A stretch of DNA of 64,000 bases from a virus: positions 5,250 to 69,249 of IMG/VR virus record IMGVR_UViG_3300023179_008779; one strand, 5' to 3'. Position numbers and translations under genes: made by a program. The notes under the pieces were generated by a model. It was not told the DNA's origin, did not search any database, and worked only from the letters and a program-made list of their open reading frames with translations. This document shows positions 50,889-59,568 of this stretch, one piece after another; the first letter of the stretch is position 1, and every line of letters starts with the position of its first letter.

Positions 50889-51740
50889 ATGGTGCCATGC
50901 AAGGTTTGCAACAAAGAATTCGAGAACAACAAAGGGCTCTCGTATCACATCAGTCAAGTCCACAACATCAAGTTCTGTGACTATCTTGTGGAACATGAGC
51001 TAAATGGTGTATGGCCGCTATGCTCCTGCGGTTGCGGAGAAAAGGTCAACTTCTTCGGAGGAAAGTTTGCCAAACACATTGGAAGTCACGGTGTCATAGG
51101 CCTAAAGAGAACCGCTGAGACACGCAGAAAAATATCTGAAATACAGCGTGGTAGGAAACTAGCAGAAGAGCACAAGAATAAAATTGGTGCAGGTGTAAGG
51201 TTGCGTCTTGATGCAGATCAAACGATTGTAAAAAAGATAAGCCAAAAGCTAACAGGTAAAAACAAATCAGAACAGCACTGCAAAAACATCTCAGAAACAA
51301 GAAAGAAGCTGATTGATGCAGGAGAAATCGTCATAAACAGAGACAAGATCTCCGCCGCCATCACCCAGCGCTATCTTGACGGTGGATTCGAGTGGTCCAC
51401 GGGGCAATATACCTCCAGCAAGACAGGGGCAACCTGCAATTACCGCTCCTCCTGGGAGGCGGAGCTCATGGAGCTGCTCGATAGAGATCCTCGTGTGGAG
51501 ATGTGGCACTATGAACCACTGACAATTCCATACATCCATGAGGGAAAGACCCGACGATATATTCCTGACTTTCTCGTCGTTCTTGACGGGCAGGACGTGT
51601 TGGTGGAGGTGAAGCCACCGTCCCTTACAGATACCGAGATGAATGCGCTAAAGAGGCAGGCAGCAATGGAGTTCTGTGACAAGAACGGTTGGAGATATTT
51701 GGTTTGGTCTCCTGAGAATGGCATGAATTTTGGGGCATAA
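50889..51740 (+). CDS. Putative homing endonuclease: C2H2 finger, NUMOD3 repeats, TnsA/gp4-type nuclease
   Basis: CKVC...H...H, CSCGCG, TAETRRKISE/SEQHCKNISE repeats, YRSSWE...YIPDF...VEVKP. Confidence 0.8.
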   Translation: MVPCKVCNKEFENNKGLSYHISQVHNIKFCDYLVEHELNGVWPLCSCGCGEKVNFFGGKFAKHIGSHGVIGLKRTAETRRKISEIQRGRKLAEEHKNKIGAGVRLRLDADQTIVKKISQKLTGKNKSEQHCKNISETRKKLIDAGEIVINRDKISAAITQRYLDGGFEWSTGQYTSSKTGATCNYRSSWEAELMELLDRDPRVEMWHYEPLTIPYIHEGKTRRYIPDFLVVLDGQDVLVEVKPPSLTDTEMNALKRQAAMEFCDKNGWRYLVWSPENGMNFGA

Positions 51741-51741
51741 C

Positions 51742-53199
51742 ATGGACTGCAAGATCTGCGGACATTCTGACGAAGACCTCAAGAAGCTCACTAATCACAT
51801 CAAGTCGGCTCACGGACTCAGCTCTGAGGAGTACACAATCAACATTTTCCACGGCGGCATCAAGCCATCCTGCGCCGAGTGTGGAGCACCGACTCGATAC
51901 GTTTCTTTTTCCTTTAAACGTTACTGCAAAGACCACGCTAAATTGGCAATGAAAATCGGCGGTTCAAAGGGAGGATTGGCAGAAGCTTGGAACAGGGGTA
52001 AGTCCAAGGAGACTGACGAAAGATTGGCCGCACATTCTGCCAAAGTGACAGGTGCCAACAACCACTTCTATGGAAAAAAGCATTCTTCTGAGACCATCCA
52101 GAAAATCAGTTTAAAGAAGACGTTGGCAACATCATCTATTGAGGAAAGAATATTCCAGAGGCAATCTGAACTACGTCTTCTGACACCGCTTGATGAGTAT
52201 TATTCTCGACAGGCACAGTATCTGCAATTTGAATGCGTCAAGTGCGGAGAGCGGCAACCAAAAACACTTCAGGCATTTGAGCGAGGCAGTCGATGCTATA
52301 AGTGCCATCCCATCGGAAAATCCAATTGGGAACTGTCAGTCTACGAATTCGTCAAGTCTATTGCTTCAGACGCCGTCTCGGGAGATAAGAGTCAGTTGTC
52401 ACCCAAGGAGATAGACATCTACGTTCCTTCTAAAAAATTTGGAATCGAGTGCCACGGCCTCTATTGGCACAGTGAAGCCGCATCTTCGGACGAACACTTC
52501 GACAAGAACAAACACATGAACAAATTCAAGTTGGCCGAAGAGAAGAAAATTAATCTTTTGCAGCTGTTTGAAGATGAGTGGAGAGATAAAAGAGCCATCT
52601 GTGAATCGATGATCAGGCACAGACTTGGACTTGACCCCGAGAGATGCAAGACTTGGTCCACGACAGTCGTAGAACTCAGCACTGATGAGGAGAGAGAATT
52701 CTTTAATGCCACACACATCTCCGGATATACTCCCTCCAAGATTTGCTGGGGTCTACGTGACAGAAGCGGCAGAATAGTGGCCGCCCTGTCTCTTCGTGTT
52801 CCCCGTCACGCCTCCAAGTACAATAATTCAATTGAGATAGCACGATTCAGCACAGCCCGAGGTGTCAATGTACCCGGAGGTCTATCTAAGCTTTTAAAGC
52901 ATGCTCGGACGTGGTGCTCAAGTAAGGGATTTGAATCAATCATGACATATGTCGACCGCAGAATCGGCGCCGGGCGAGGATATGAAGCTGCCGGATTTAG
53001 TTTGACAAGTAGTACCGCGCCAGATTATTGGTACACAGACGGTGAACTTCGATACGACAGATTCAAATTTAGAGCCCAAGAAGGAAAACCAGAAAAGATC
53101 GTAGCAGCCGAGGCCAAAGTCTTCCGCATTTGGGGTTGTGGCTCTCAGGTCATGATATTTACCATCAACCAAACGGATGGAGAGCAATATCTCGAATAG
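51742..53199 (+). CDS. Putative homing endonuclease (Zn finger, NUMOD3, Hef/DUF559-like nuclease, GNAT-like C-terminus)
   Basis: CKIC, NHFYGKKHSSET, EIDIYVP...GIECHGLYWH, FEDEW; IEIARF...GGLSKLL...TYVDRR...GYEAAGF. Confidence 0.8.
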   Translation: MDCKICGHSDEDLKKLTNHIKSAHGLSSEEYTINIFHGGIKPSCAECGAPTRYVSFSFKRYCKDHAKLAMKIGGSKGGLAEAWNRGKSKETDERLAAHSAKVTGANNHFYGKKHSSETIQKISLKKTLATSSIEERIFQRQSELRLLTPLDEYYSRQAQYLQFECVKCGERQPKTLQAFERGSRCYKCHPIGKSNWELSVYEFVKSIASDAVSGDKSQLSPKEIDIYVPSKKFGIECHGLYWHSEAASSDEHFDKNKHMNKFKLAEEKKINLLQLFEDEWRDKRAICESMIRHRLGLDPERCKTWSTTVVELSTDEEREFFNATHISGYTPSKICWGLRDRSGRIVAALSLRVPRHASKYNNSIEIARFSTARGVNVPGGLSKLLKHARTWCSSKGFESIMTYVDRRIGAGRGYEAAGFSLTSSTAPDYWYTDGELRYDRFKFRAQEGKPEKIVAAEAKVFRIWGCGSQVMIFTINQTDGEQYLE

Positions 53200-53203
53200 G
53201 TGA

Positions 53204-53338
53204 ATCGCACCTTGTCTTCTAGGCAGTAAGCCTGATAAGATTCCACGACCGTGGGACGAGGCCAAGTGGGAGGCCGCGGCGCGCTTCTGTGAGGAGAAGG
53301 GTTGGCGGTTCGAGGTACTCTTCGAGGAGGAGTCATAG
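53204..53338 (+). pseudogene. Startless relic of a TnsA/gp4-type endonuclease C-terminus
   Basis: Manual translation LLGSKP...DEAKWEAAARFCEEKGWRFEVLFEEES*; in-frame TGA at 53201 and no start codon. Confidence 0.7.
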
Positions 53339-53417
53339 GGCTCTGTCAGAGAAACTCTTGGAAATACCGTGTGTGGAACAAGGGCGACATTCTCTGATTA
53401 TTGATTACGATACGGTC

Positions 53418-53424
53418 ATACTTA
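53418..53424 (+). promoter_or_regulatory. ATANTTA putative late promoter (representative copy)
   Basis: Same motif at 28332, 31882, 33844, 38348, 40401, 46056, 50877, 53418, 54116, 54662 and 56052, each intergenic and 5-30 nt before a start codon. Confidence 0.65.
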
Positions 53425-53430
53425 TTCCCC

Positions 53431-54096
53431 ATGAAGATCACAGTTCGTCAACTTCGCAGAGTCATCTCAGAAGAAGCCAAGCGCGTCTTCGAGGCGGCGA
53501 ACACCGTCAAAGACGCGCTCTCGGACAAACTCGCCCTCGCCGTCGTCGCCGGCGATCCAAAGTCCTTCATACTGTACGATCCAGAGCTGCTGATCAAGAT
53601 AATCGAGGCGGACGAGGACGACGACAGCAGGGCATACAAGGCCATATACGCCGTGGTCATGGTGAATCGAGACAAAGAGGCTCCTCAGTGGGGTGCGAAG
53701 ACTGTCAACGCCACTGCTGCCCGTGACGGATACGGACCGCTTCTCTACGACATTGCGATGGACGAATGTGGGGGTCTCGTGTCAGATAGGTCGTCTGTGT
53801 CTCCCCGGGCCAAGGCGGTCTGGAGATTCTACAGGGACAATCGGGAAGACGTGGTCAAGAAGCCCCTCGATGACATGGAAGATCCAAAGACTCCAACCAA
53901 AAAAGACGACACCGAAGAGTTACATCCCGGTGGCGCAAAGAACCCGTTGAACTACGCGTATTTCATCAATGGCGGTCCCAACACTTCGCGCTTAAAAGCT
54001 AACCATGCTGCTTATGCGAAGCAGTTCCGAAGGCTGGGCATCACTCAAGATCGACTGAGTTGGATTGCTCAGGAATTCTTCGATCGAAACTACTGA
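53431..54096 (+). CDS. Leader-bearing protein with GNAT-like domain
   Basis: MKITVRQLRRVISEEAKRVFEA; AARDGYGPLLYDIAM...LVSDRSSVSPRAKAVW; ATACTTA 6 nt before ATG. Confidence 0.65.
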   Translation: MKITVRQLRRVISEEAKRVFEAANTVKDALSDKLALAVVAGDPKSFILYDPELLIKIIEADEDDDSRAYKAIYAVVMVNRDKEAPQWGAKTVNATAARDGYGPLLYDIAMDECGGLVSDRSSVSPRAKAVWRFYRDNREDVVKKPLDDMEDPKTPTKKDDTEELHPGGAKNPLNYAYFINGGPNTSRLKANHAAYAKQFRRLGITQDRLSWIAQEFFDRNY

Positions 54097-54127
54097 CACG
54101 CCGTTCTCAGCAAGGATACTTACTCCC

Positions 54128-54640
54128 ATGAAGATCCGTCTATCCCAACTCCGTTCCATCATCCGCCAGACCATCCTCACCGAAGAGAAGGATCGCAAGC
54201 TCAAGAGTGCCTGGTGGATCACACCGACCGGCGTACCCGAGGAGTTCGCCGAGGGCTACTACCACACGGACATCGGCACCATGTGGGCTCTCGGTGAATA
54301 CACCGACGAGGAGACCAAGAAGCTCGCCTACGATACCGACCCTGACGAACCCGACTACGAACCCGACGAATACTCCTCTATAGACCACGAAAAGATGGAG
54401 ACCGACATGATGAAGACCAAGGGCTTCGCCAAGGCCCGCCTGTGGAAAAACGGCCGCCTCACGCTGGGCGCCTGGACCGTCACCGACGAGCACCTGGCGG
54501 GCCTCAAGTCGATTGCGGCCTCGTCCGGCCTCCGGGGCGATGCTCCCGTTGAGATCTCACAGGAGTCTCCCGGAAAGGCCGTGCAGCTCACCGTCAATGA
54601 CGTCAGGCGGGCATATTCCGCTGCTGATTTAGACTGGTGA
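54128..54640 (+). CDS. Leader-bearing hypothetical protein
   Basis: MKIRLSQLRSIIRQTILTEE; ATACTTA 5 nt before ATG. Confidence 0.7.
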   Translation: MKIRLSQLRSIIRQTILTEEKDRKLKSAWWITPTGVPEEFAEGYYHTDIGTMWALGEYTDEETKKLAYDTDPDEPDYEPDEYSSIDHEKMETDMMKTKGFAKARLWKNGRLTLGAWTVTDEHLAGLKSIAASSGLRGDAPVEISQESPGKAVQLTVNDVRRAYSAADLDW

Positions 54641-54674
54641 GTCAAGATCAAGCTTGAGGACATATTTACCCACC

Positions 54675-55637
54675 ATGAAGATCCGTCTGTCCCAACTCCG
54701 CCACCTCATCCGCGAGGCGATCGTCTCCGAGATCTCCCGCTCCACCCCTGAGTTCGCAGAGGGCACCAAAAAGTTCGACGACATCACCCCGTTCGGCCAC
54801 TATGGGGTCCTCCGTCCGCCCCAGACTGAAGAGGAGCGGGCGTTCGATGCCGAGTTCGTGGACTTCGCCGTGAAGAAGTTCGATGAGGTGTTCAAGACCG
54901 GCGGCTTCTACACGGCGAAGTTCCTCTCCCGCGGCCAGAAGGGGTTGCTCGTCCTGTGCGCCGACGACTACATCGACGAGGCATTCGGCGGGGACGTGGT
55001 CCACGCTCTGCTCCACGAGTCCACCATGAAGGGTGCCCACCAGCGCTTCAAGTTCCAAGGCCGTGATCCGGACCGTCCTGAGATGAACGACAACCTGTAT
55101 GAGATCCTCGTGTACTGGGTGCAGTCGGGCATGGACCAGGCGAAGAGGGTGGGCGCCGACAACTCCAACATTGCTGTCTCGATCGCGCATCGTCTCCCCG
55201 CGCAGCCCAAGCCGACCCTTGAGGTCGTGAAGGACTTCTTCAACCGCTACGGCTCGCAGTTCGAGGAGAGCCTCATCGACCAGTACTTCCCCGACATGAT
55301 CGACGAGCTGGGCGGCAATGAACCCGGTGCCCTGCCCCGCAACGTGCAGGAGGAGTGGCTCGCCGCGATGGACAACACGGTGGGCCGCATGGGACACGAG
55401 GGACGAGAGGGCAGGACCACGGCCCAAGCCTTCATCAACGAGGTGCTCCGCCGATTCATGAAGACTATGGGCGGTGATCCTTCTCTCGGCAAGGGCGCAC
55501 GGAAGGACTATACCTCAGAGTCCCATGCCGGGGCACTGATGGCGTGGTACAACCAGCTCCGCCTCAAGACCCAGGTCCTGTCCAAGAAGTACGGGATCGA
55601 GCTCACCGCGGTCCGCAGAAAGTTTGATAAGAAATGA
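54675..55637 (+). CDS. Leader-bearing hypothetical protein
   Basis: MKIRLSQLRHLIREAIVSE; ATATTTA 6 nt before ATG. Confidence 0.7.
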   Translation: MKIRLSQLRHLIREAIVSEISRSTPEFAEGTKKFDDITPFGHYGVLRPPQTEEERAFDAEFVDFAVKKFDEVFKTGGFYTAKFLSRGQKGLLVLCADDYIDEAFGGDVVHALLHESTMKGAHQRFKFQGRDPDRPEMNDNLYEILVYWVQSGMDQAKRVGADNSNIAVSIAHRLPAQPKPTLEVVKDFFNRYGSQFEESLIDQYFPDMIDELGGNEPGALPRNVQEEWLAAMDNTVGRMGHEGREGRTTAQAFINEVLRRFMKTMGGDPSLGKGARKDYTSESHAGALMAWYNQLRLKTQVLSKKYGIELTAVRRKFDKK

Positions 55638-56038
55638 AGCTAAGAATCTCCGACCTCCGTCACATCATCCGAGAGGTGCTGGAGGAGCAGGGTCTCACGT
55701 TCTACCACGGCACTCTGAAGGATGCTGTCCCATCCATATTGAGGACAGGCCTCCGTGCTGGACAGGGTTGGGGCGGCGCCGCCAAGCCGGGCGTCTTCTT
55801 GTCGACATCACCTGACTCTGCCTTATACTGGGCGAAGATGTCCTTCCTTACCCGGCACGGCCTACCAGCAGAGGAGTCTTCCTTCGATCGGGTGGACCCG
55901 TCGCAGCTCGTCGTCCTGCGGGTCGATGTTCCGCCCGAAGAGAGGTCCAACATCGTGCCGCGGCAGAGGAGCTACAACCTCGCAGGAGACTCTCAGTACG
56001 TGGGAAGCGTCCCGCCTGGGTGGATAAGCGTCCTATAG
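55634..56038 (+). CDS. Leader-bearing ADP-ribosyltransferase-fold protein
   Basis: MKLRISDLRHIIREVLEE, then FYHGT...SILRTGL...GVFLST...ALYWA...VLRVDV...YVGSVPPGWI. Confidence 0.7.
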   Translation: MKLRISDLRHIIREVLEEQGLTFYHGTLKDAVPSILRTGLRAGQGWGGAAKPGVFLSTSPDSALYWAKMSFLTRHGLPAEESSFDRVDPSQLVVLRVDVPPEERSNIVPRQRSYNLAGDSQYVGSVPPGWISVL

Positions 56039-56087
56039 TCTCAGAAAGTGTATAGTTATTATCCATGATCGATCAGGAGTTGAAGTC

Positions 56088-56750
56088 TTGAAGGTGCTGC
56101 TGGTCTCCACCACGACCAACGAACGACGGTCGTCCTCCCGTGCTGCGCTGGCGCTGGTCGAGCGAGCGCTGGAAGGCCGCGGCCACGAGGTGAAGGTGAT
56201 CGACGCCAACAAGATACACATCGTCAAGAATCTTTCCTGCTACGCGGACGGCGGCGAGCAGTGCGGTGACCCAGAGTCCGGTCCCTATCGATGCTGGGCA
56301 CACAAGCACGCGGAAGAGGAGCCCGACAAGTACGGCGGCAAGGATGAGATGCCGCAGATCTATGACGGTCTGGCCTGGGCTGAAGCCGTTATCTTTGCCA
56401 CCTCCGTGCGGTGGGGCAGCCACTCAGCCCTCCTCCAGACGATAATTGAGAGGATGAACACGCTGGAGAACCGCCACACAGTCTACGGTGAGCCCAACCC
56501 CCTGTGGGGCAAGAGGTGCGGCGTCGTGGTGACCGGTCAGCACTGGAAGGCTTCCGAGGTGGCCAACCGCCTCATCGAGGTGTTCGACCTCTACGGCTTC
56601 CACACATCACCCTCCGCGGTGCTCTCGTGGCAGCACGTGTCCGACATGGACGAGGAGCTAGAGGACAACAACGTCGATCCATTCCGCCGCGAGATGCGTG
56701 AGGAGCGGTGGCTCCCAGTACTCAATCTGCTCCGCGCTCTGGATCTGTGA
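56088..56750 (+). CDS. Flavodoxin-like / NADPH-dependent FMN reductase family protein
   Basis: DEMPQIYDGLAWAEAVIFATSVRWG...LQTIIER...GKRCGVVVTG; Cys cluster; AGGAG before TTG. Confidence 0.8.
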   Translation: MKVLLVSTTTNERRSSSRAALALVERALEGRGHEVKVIDANKIHIVKNLSCYADGGEQCGDPESGPYRCWAHKHAEEEPDKYGGKDEMPQIYDGLAWAEAVIFATSVRWGSHSALLQTIIERMNTLENRHTVYGEPNPLWGKRCGVVVTGQHWKASEVANRLIEVFDLYGFHTSPSAVLSWQHVSDMDEELEDNNVDPFRREMREERWLPVLNLLRALDL

Positions 56751-56781
56751 TCACGTGATTTTATATTTGTGGATCACACAC

Positions 56782-56799
56782 CATATATAAACTATAGAT
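56782..56799 (+). promoter_or_regulatory. Conserved upstream element, copy 1 (CATATATAAACTATAGAT)
   Basis: 17/18 identical to 61493..61510; each copy precedes one of the paralogous ParB-like genes. Confidence 0.65.
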
Positions 56800-56813
56800 A
56801 ACGGAGATTTTTC

Positions 56814-57794
56814 ATGAGAAAGAACCTGAATGAGAGTCGCTTGCGTAGCATCCTTCGTGACGCTGCCAGATCTGCCTTGAAAGAGAATAGACGCCGCCGC
56901 ATGTTTGAGGATGCAGATCCCAGCAAGATCGATTCGGATAAGTTTCCCAACAAGCTGAGCGCCGTCGATCGCTCCACCGCGAAGCAGCTCGCCTCGGGAG
57001 GCCTCGAGGACAACGATAAGAAGGACGACATCGCGGGGGCGGAGAAGGTTTCCCTCGCCGCCGCGGCCCTGAAGGCCTCGCAGACCACGATGGACTTCGG
57101 TAAGTTCGTGGGCATGGCGATTCAGATGATGGGCAAGCTGGGCAGCTTCTCAAGCGGCGCCGGGGGAGACCTCGGGGCGATCATATCGTCCGACAATCAC
57201 ATCATGGACGGTCACCATCGCTGGGCCGCCACGCTCATGGTGGATCCCAAGGCCAACGTCGGGGGCCTGAAGGTTCAGCTCCCGGGCGAGAAGCTGGTGG
57301 GCGTCCTCAACGTCTGGACCGTCGCCCACGGCGGCGCCGGCAAGCCCTCCGACACGGACCTTGCCTCTCTCACGAGCGACTCCGTCGCGGAGAAGTTTAA
57401 GGAGATGGCCTCGAAGGGCGGCAAGTTCCTTCCGTCCCCCGAGGAGATGCTGTCGGCCTTCAAGAAGTCGGGATTCGACTCCCTCGACGCCGCGGCCGCC
57501 CACGTCAAGAAGAACTGGGACGCCACGTCCAAGGCGCGCGCCGTCCTGGGATGGATGCCCGCCAAGGTCGACATGCCCGCCATCGAGCCCGATCAGCTGC
57601 CACAGGTGGCGTCGGACATTGCCTCCGGCAAGATGGACATCAATCCGCCTTACGCCGCGGACACAAAGGGTCAGGCGAAGGCCTCTTCGTCGGAGAAGGG
57701 GAGCGAGGCCTCCGTACAGAAGTCCGGATTCGACCGCGGCGGCGCCGTGATGGTGGAGCGCTGGCAGCGCCTCGCCGGTATCATCAAGGGTTGA
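56814..57794 (+). CDS. Leader-bearing ParB/Srx-like domain protein
   Basis: LKASQ...IISSDNHIMDGHHRWAA; N-terminus LNESRLRSILRDAARSALKE; C-terminus VMVERWQRLAGIIKG. Confidence 0.75.
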   Translation: MRKNLNESRLRSILRDAARSALKENRRRRMFEDADPSKIDSDKFPNKLSAVDRSTAKQLASGGLEDNDKKDDIAGAEKVSLAAAALKASQTTMDFGKFVGMAIQMMGKLGSFSSGAGGDLGAIISSDNHIMDGHHRWAATLMVDPKANVGGLKVQLPGEKLVGVLNVWTVAHGGAGKPSDTDLASLTSDSVAEKFKEMASKGGKFLPSPEEMLSAFKKSGFDSLDAAAAHVKKNWDATSKARAVLGWMPAKVDMPAIEPDQLPQVASDIASGKMDINPPYAADTKGQAKASSSEKGSEASVQKSGFDRGGAVMVERWQRLAGIIKG

Positions 57795-57808
57795 TCAGGT
57801 GTCAGATT

Positions 57809-57838
57809 GACGAAGGGCTGCAAGGGTGGCCCTTCGTC
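57809..57838. terminator. GC-rich hairpin, possible terminator or RNA stability element
   Basis: GACGAAGGGCTGC-AAGG-GTGGCCCTTCGTC, 14 nt after the stop; weak U-tract. Confidence 0.55.
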
Positions 57839-58078
57839 CACTCTTCCAGTAGCATTTTAGCAATATTCAAAGAATAGTTAGATCATGTAACTTTAGACAG
57901 GCTAGCTTCAGCCGACGCTGAGATCCGCACGACGACTCTTTTTATCTCGTGCTCTTCTGGCACTAACATCGACTATCAGGTGTTTTGTGGTCTTACCACA
58001 ATTCCCGCAAATAATTTTCTGCTTCTTACAGGATCAAACGGACATCCCGGCGTCGGCTGATGAATTATATTCTTGGGC

Positions 58079-58525
58079 ATGGAATCTTTGCCCGTTGTTA
58101 ACGATAGACCCTGTGGTCCCTGCACGGGCTGCTGTGAGGGTTGGCTCTCGGCCGACATCAAAGGCCACCAGATGCATCCAGGACGTCCATGCTTCTTCCT
58201 CGCTGAGGGCAAGTGCACCGATTATGAGGGTCGTCCTGCAACGTGCAGGACGTACAACTGTGCCTGGAAGGTAGAGGCATCCGTGTTTCCCACCTGGATG
58301 AGGCCCGACTTGAGTGGAGTCATCATCTCAAAGATCATCCTGCCCACCCGCCCGGATCTCGCGCACTACGAGGTCGCCGAGGCCCGAGGAAAGCTCGATG
58401 TGAAGACCCTCAACTGGCTGGTCCAATGGGCTCTGGACACGGGGAGCAACCTATTCTACCAGATCGACGGCAAGCACCACGCGATCGGATCTCAGGCCTT
58501 TAAGTCAGCCATGTCCGGGAGGTAG
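58079..58525 (+). CDS. YkgJ-like Cys-cluster (Zn/Fe-chelating) protein
   Basis: CGPCTGCC...PCFFL...KCTDYEGRPATCRTYNC. Confidence 0.75.
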   Translation: MESLPVVNDRPCGPCTGCCEGWLSADIKGHQMHPGRPCFFLAEGKCTDYEGRPATCRTYNCAWKVEASVFPTWMRPDLSGVIISKIILPTRPDLAHYEVAEARGKLDVKTLNWLVQWALDTGSNLFYQIDGKHHAIGSQAFKSAMSGR

Positions 58526-58530
58526 TTGAG

Positions 58531-59568
58531 ATGAAGAATGTGTTGGTGACAGGCGGCGCCGGATTTATTGGATCACATCTTGTGGACCACCTGCTCACTC
58601 TCAGCGATGTTGAGGTGGTCGTGTGCTATGACGCAACCACATATGCAGGATCGCGCTGGAACGTTTTTGATGCCTTCAAGGATCCACGATTCACATTCAT
58701 CGATGGTAACATCTGCGATAAGCATAGATTTTTGGAAGCCCTCCGACGCTTTGGCATCGACACCGTCTTTAATTTGGCTGCAGAGACCCACGTTGACCGC
58801 TCAATTGCCGGACCGTCAACATTCGTTCAGACCAATGTTGTGGGGACGCTTGCCGTCCTTGAGTCTATTCATGTACACACCTCCGACGGACGACCGTGCC
58901 GATTGATCCACGTCTCGACTGATGAGGTATACGGGACTCTTGAGGTCGGCTCCTTCAACGAAAATTCAACAATCCAGCCCAACTCTCCGTACGCTGCCTC
59001 AAAGGCTGGCGGAGATCACCTTGTTAGGGCATACAATGTCACGTACGGCCTGGACACCGTGACGACACACTGCTCCAACAATTACGGTCCCCGTCAGTTT
59101 CCAGAGAAATTGATACCTCTTGCAATCTCTCGTGCCGCATCCATGCTTCCCATTCCTATGTACGGAGATGGGCAACAGGTTAGAGACTGGATCCACGTTT
59201 CTGATCACTGTGCGGCCCTTGTTCAGGCTGCACTCAACGCTCCTTCCGGTTCAACCTACAACATCGGGGGCAATTGCGAGCTCACCAACAAGAGCGTCCT
59301 GAGTACAATCTGCGGCGTATTGGATCAATTACGACCCCAGCCTTCTCCATACAGCAGGTTGATCGCGTCTGTGCCCGATCGCCCCGGCCACGACCGTCGT
59401 TATTCAGTTGACACTTCCAAGATCAGCGCTGACATGAGGTGGATGCCTCAAATGAAATTTGAGGAGGGGATAGCTTCGACAGTCCTATGGTACCTGTCAC
59501 ACCCTCGGTGGCTTCTTGAAGTGTCAAAGCCCGCCGCGGACGCCCGCACCCGGAGCATCTATCAATGA
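58531..59568 (+). CDS. rmlB: dTDP-glucose 4,6-dehydratase
   Basis: GGAGFIG, AAETHVDRSI, STDEVYG, YAASK, NNYGPRQFPEKLIP, DRPGHDRRY. Confidence 0.95.
   Translation: MKNVLVTGGAGFIGSHLVDHLLTLSDVEVVVCYDATTYAGSRWNVFDAFKDPRFTFIDGNICDKHRFLEALRRFGIDTVFNLAAETHVDRSIAGPSTFVQTNVVGTLAVLESIHVHTSDGRPCRLIHVSTDEVYGTLEVGSFNENSTIQPNSPYAASKAGGDHLVRAYNVTYGLDTVTTHCSNNYGPRQFPEKLIPLAISRAASMLPIPMYGDGQQVRDWIHVSDHCAALVQAALNAPSGSTYNIGGNCELTNKSVLSTICGVLDQLRPQPSPYSRLIASVPDRPGHDRRYSVDTSKISADMRWMPQMKFEEGIASTVLWYLSHPRWLLEVSKPAADARTRSIYQ

Noticed and set aside
55000-55045. LLHES in the 54675 protein as a zinc metalloprotease motif
   Set aside because: It reads HESTM, not HExxH.
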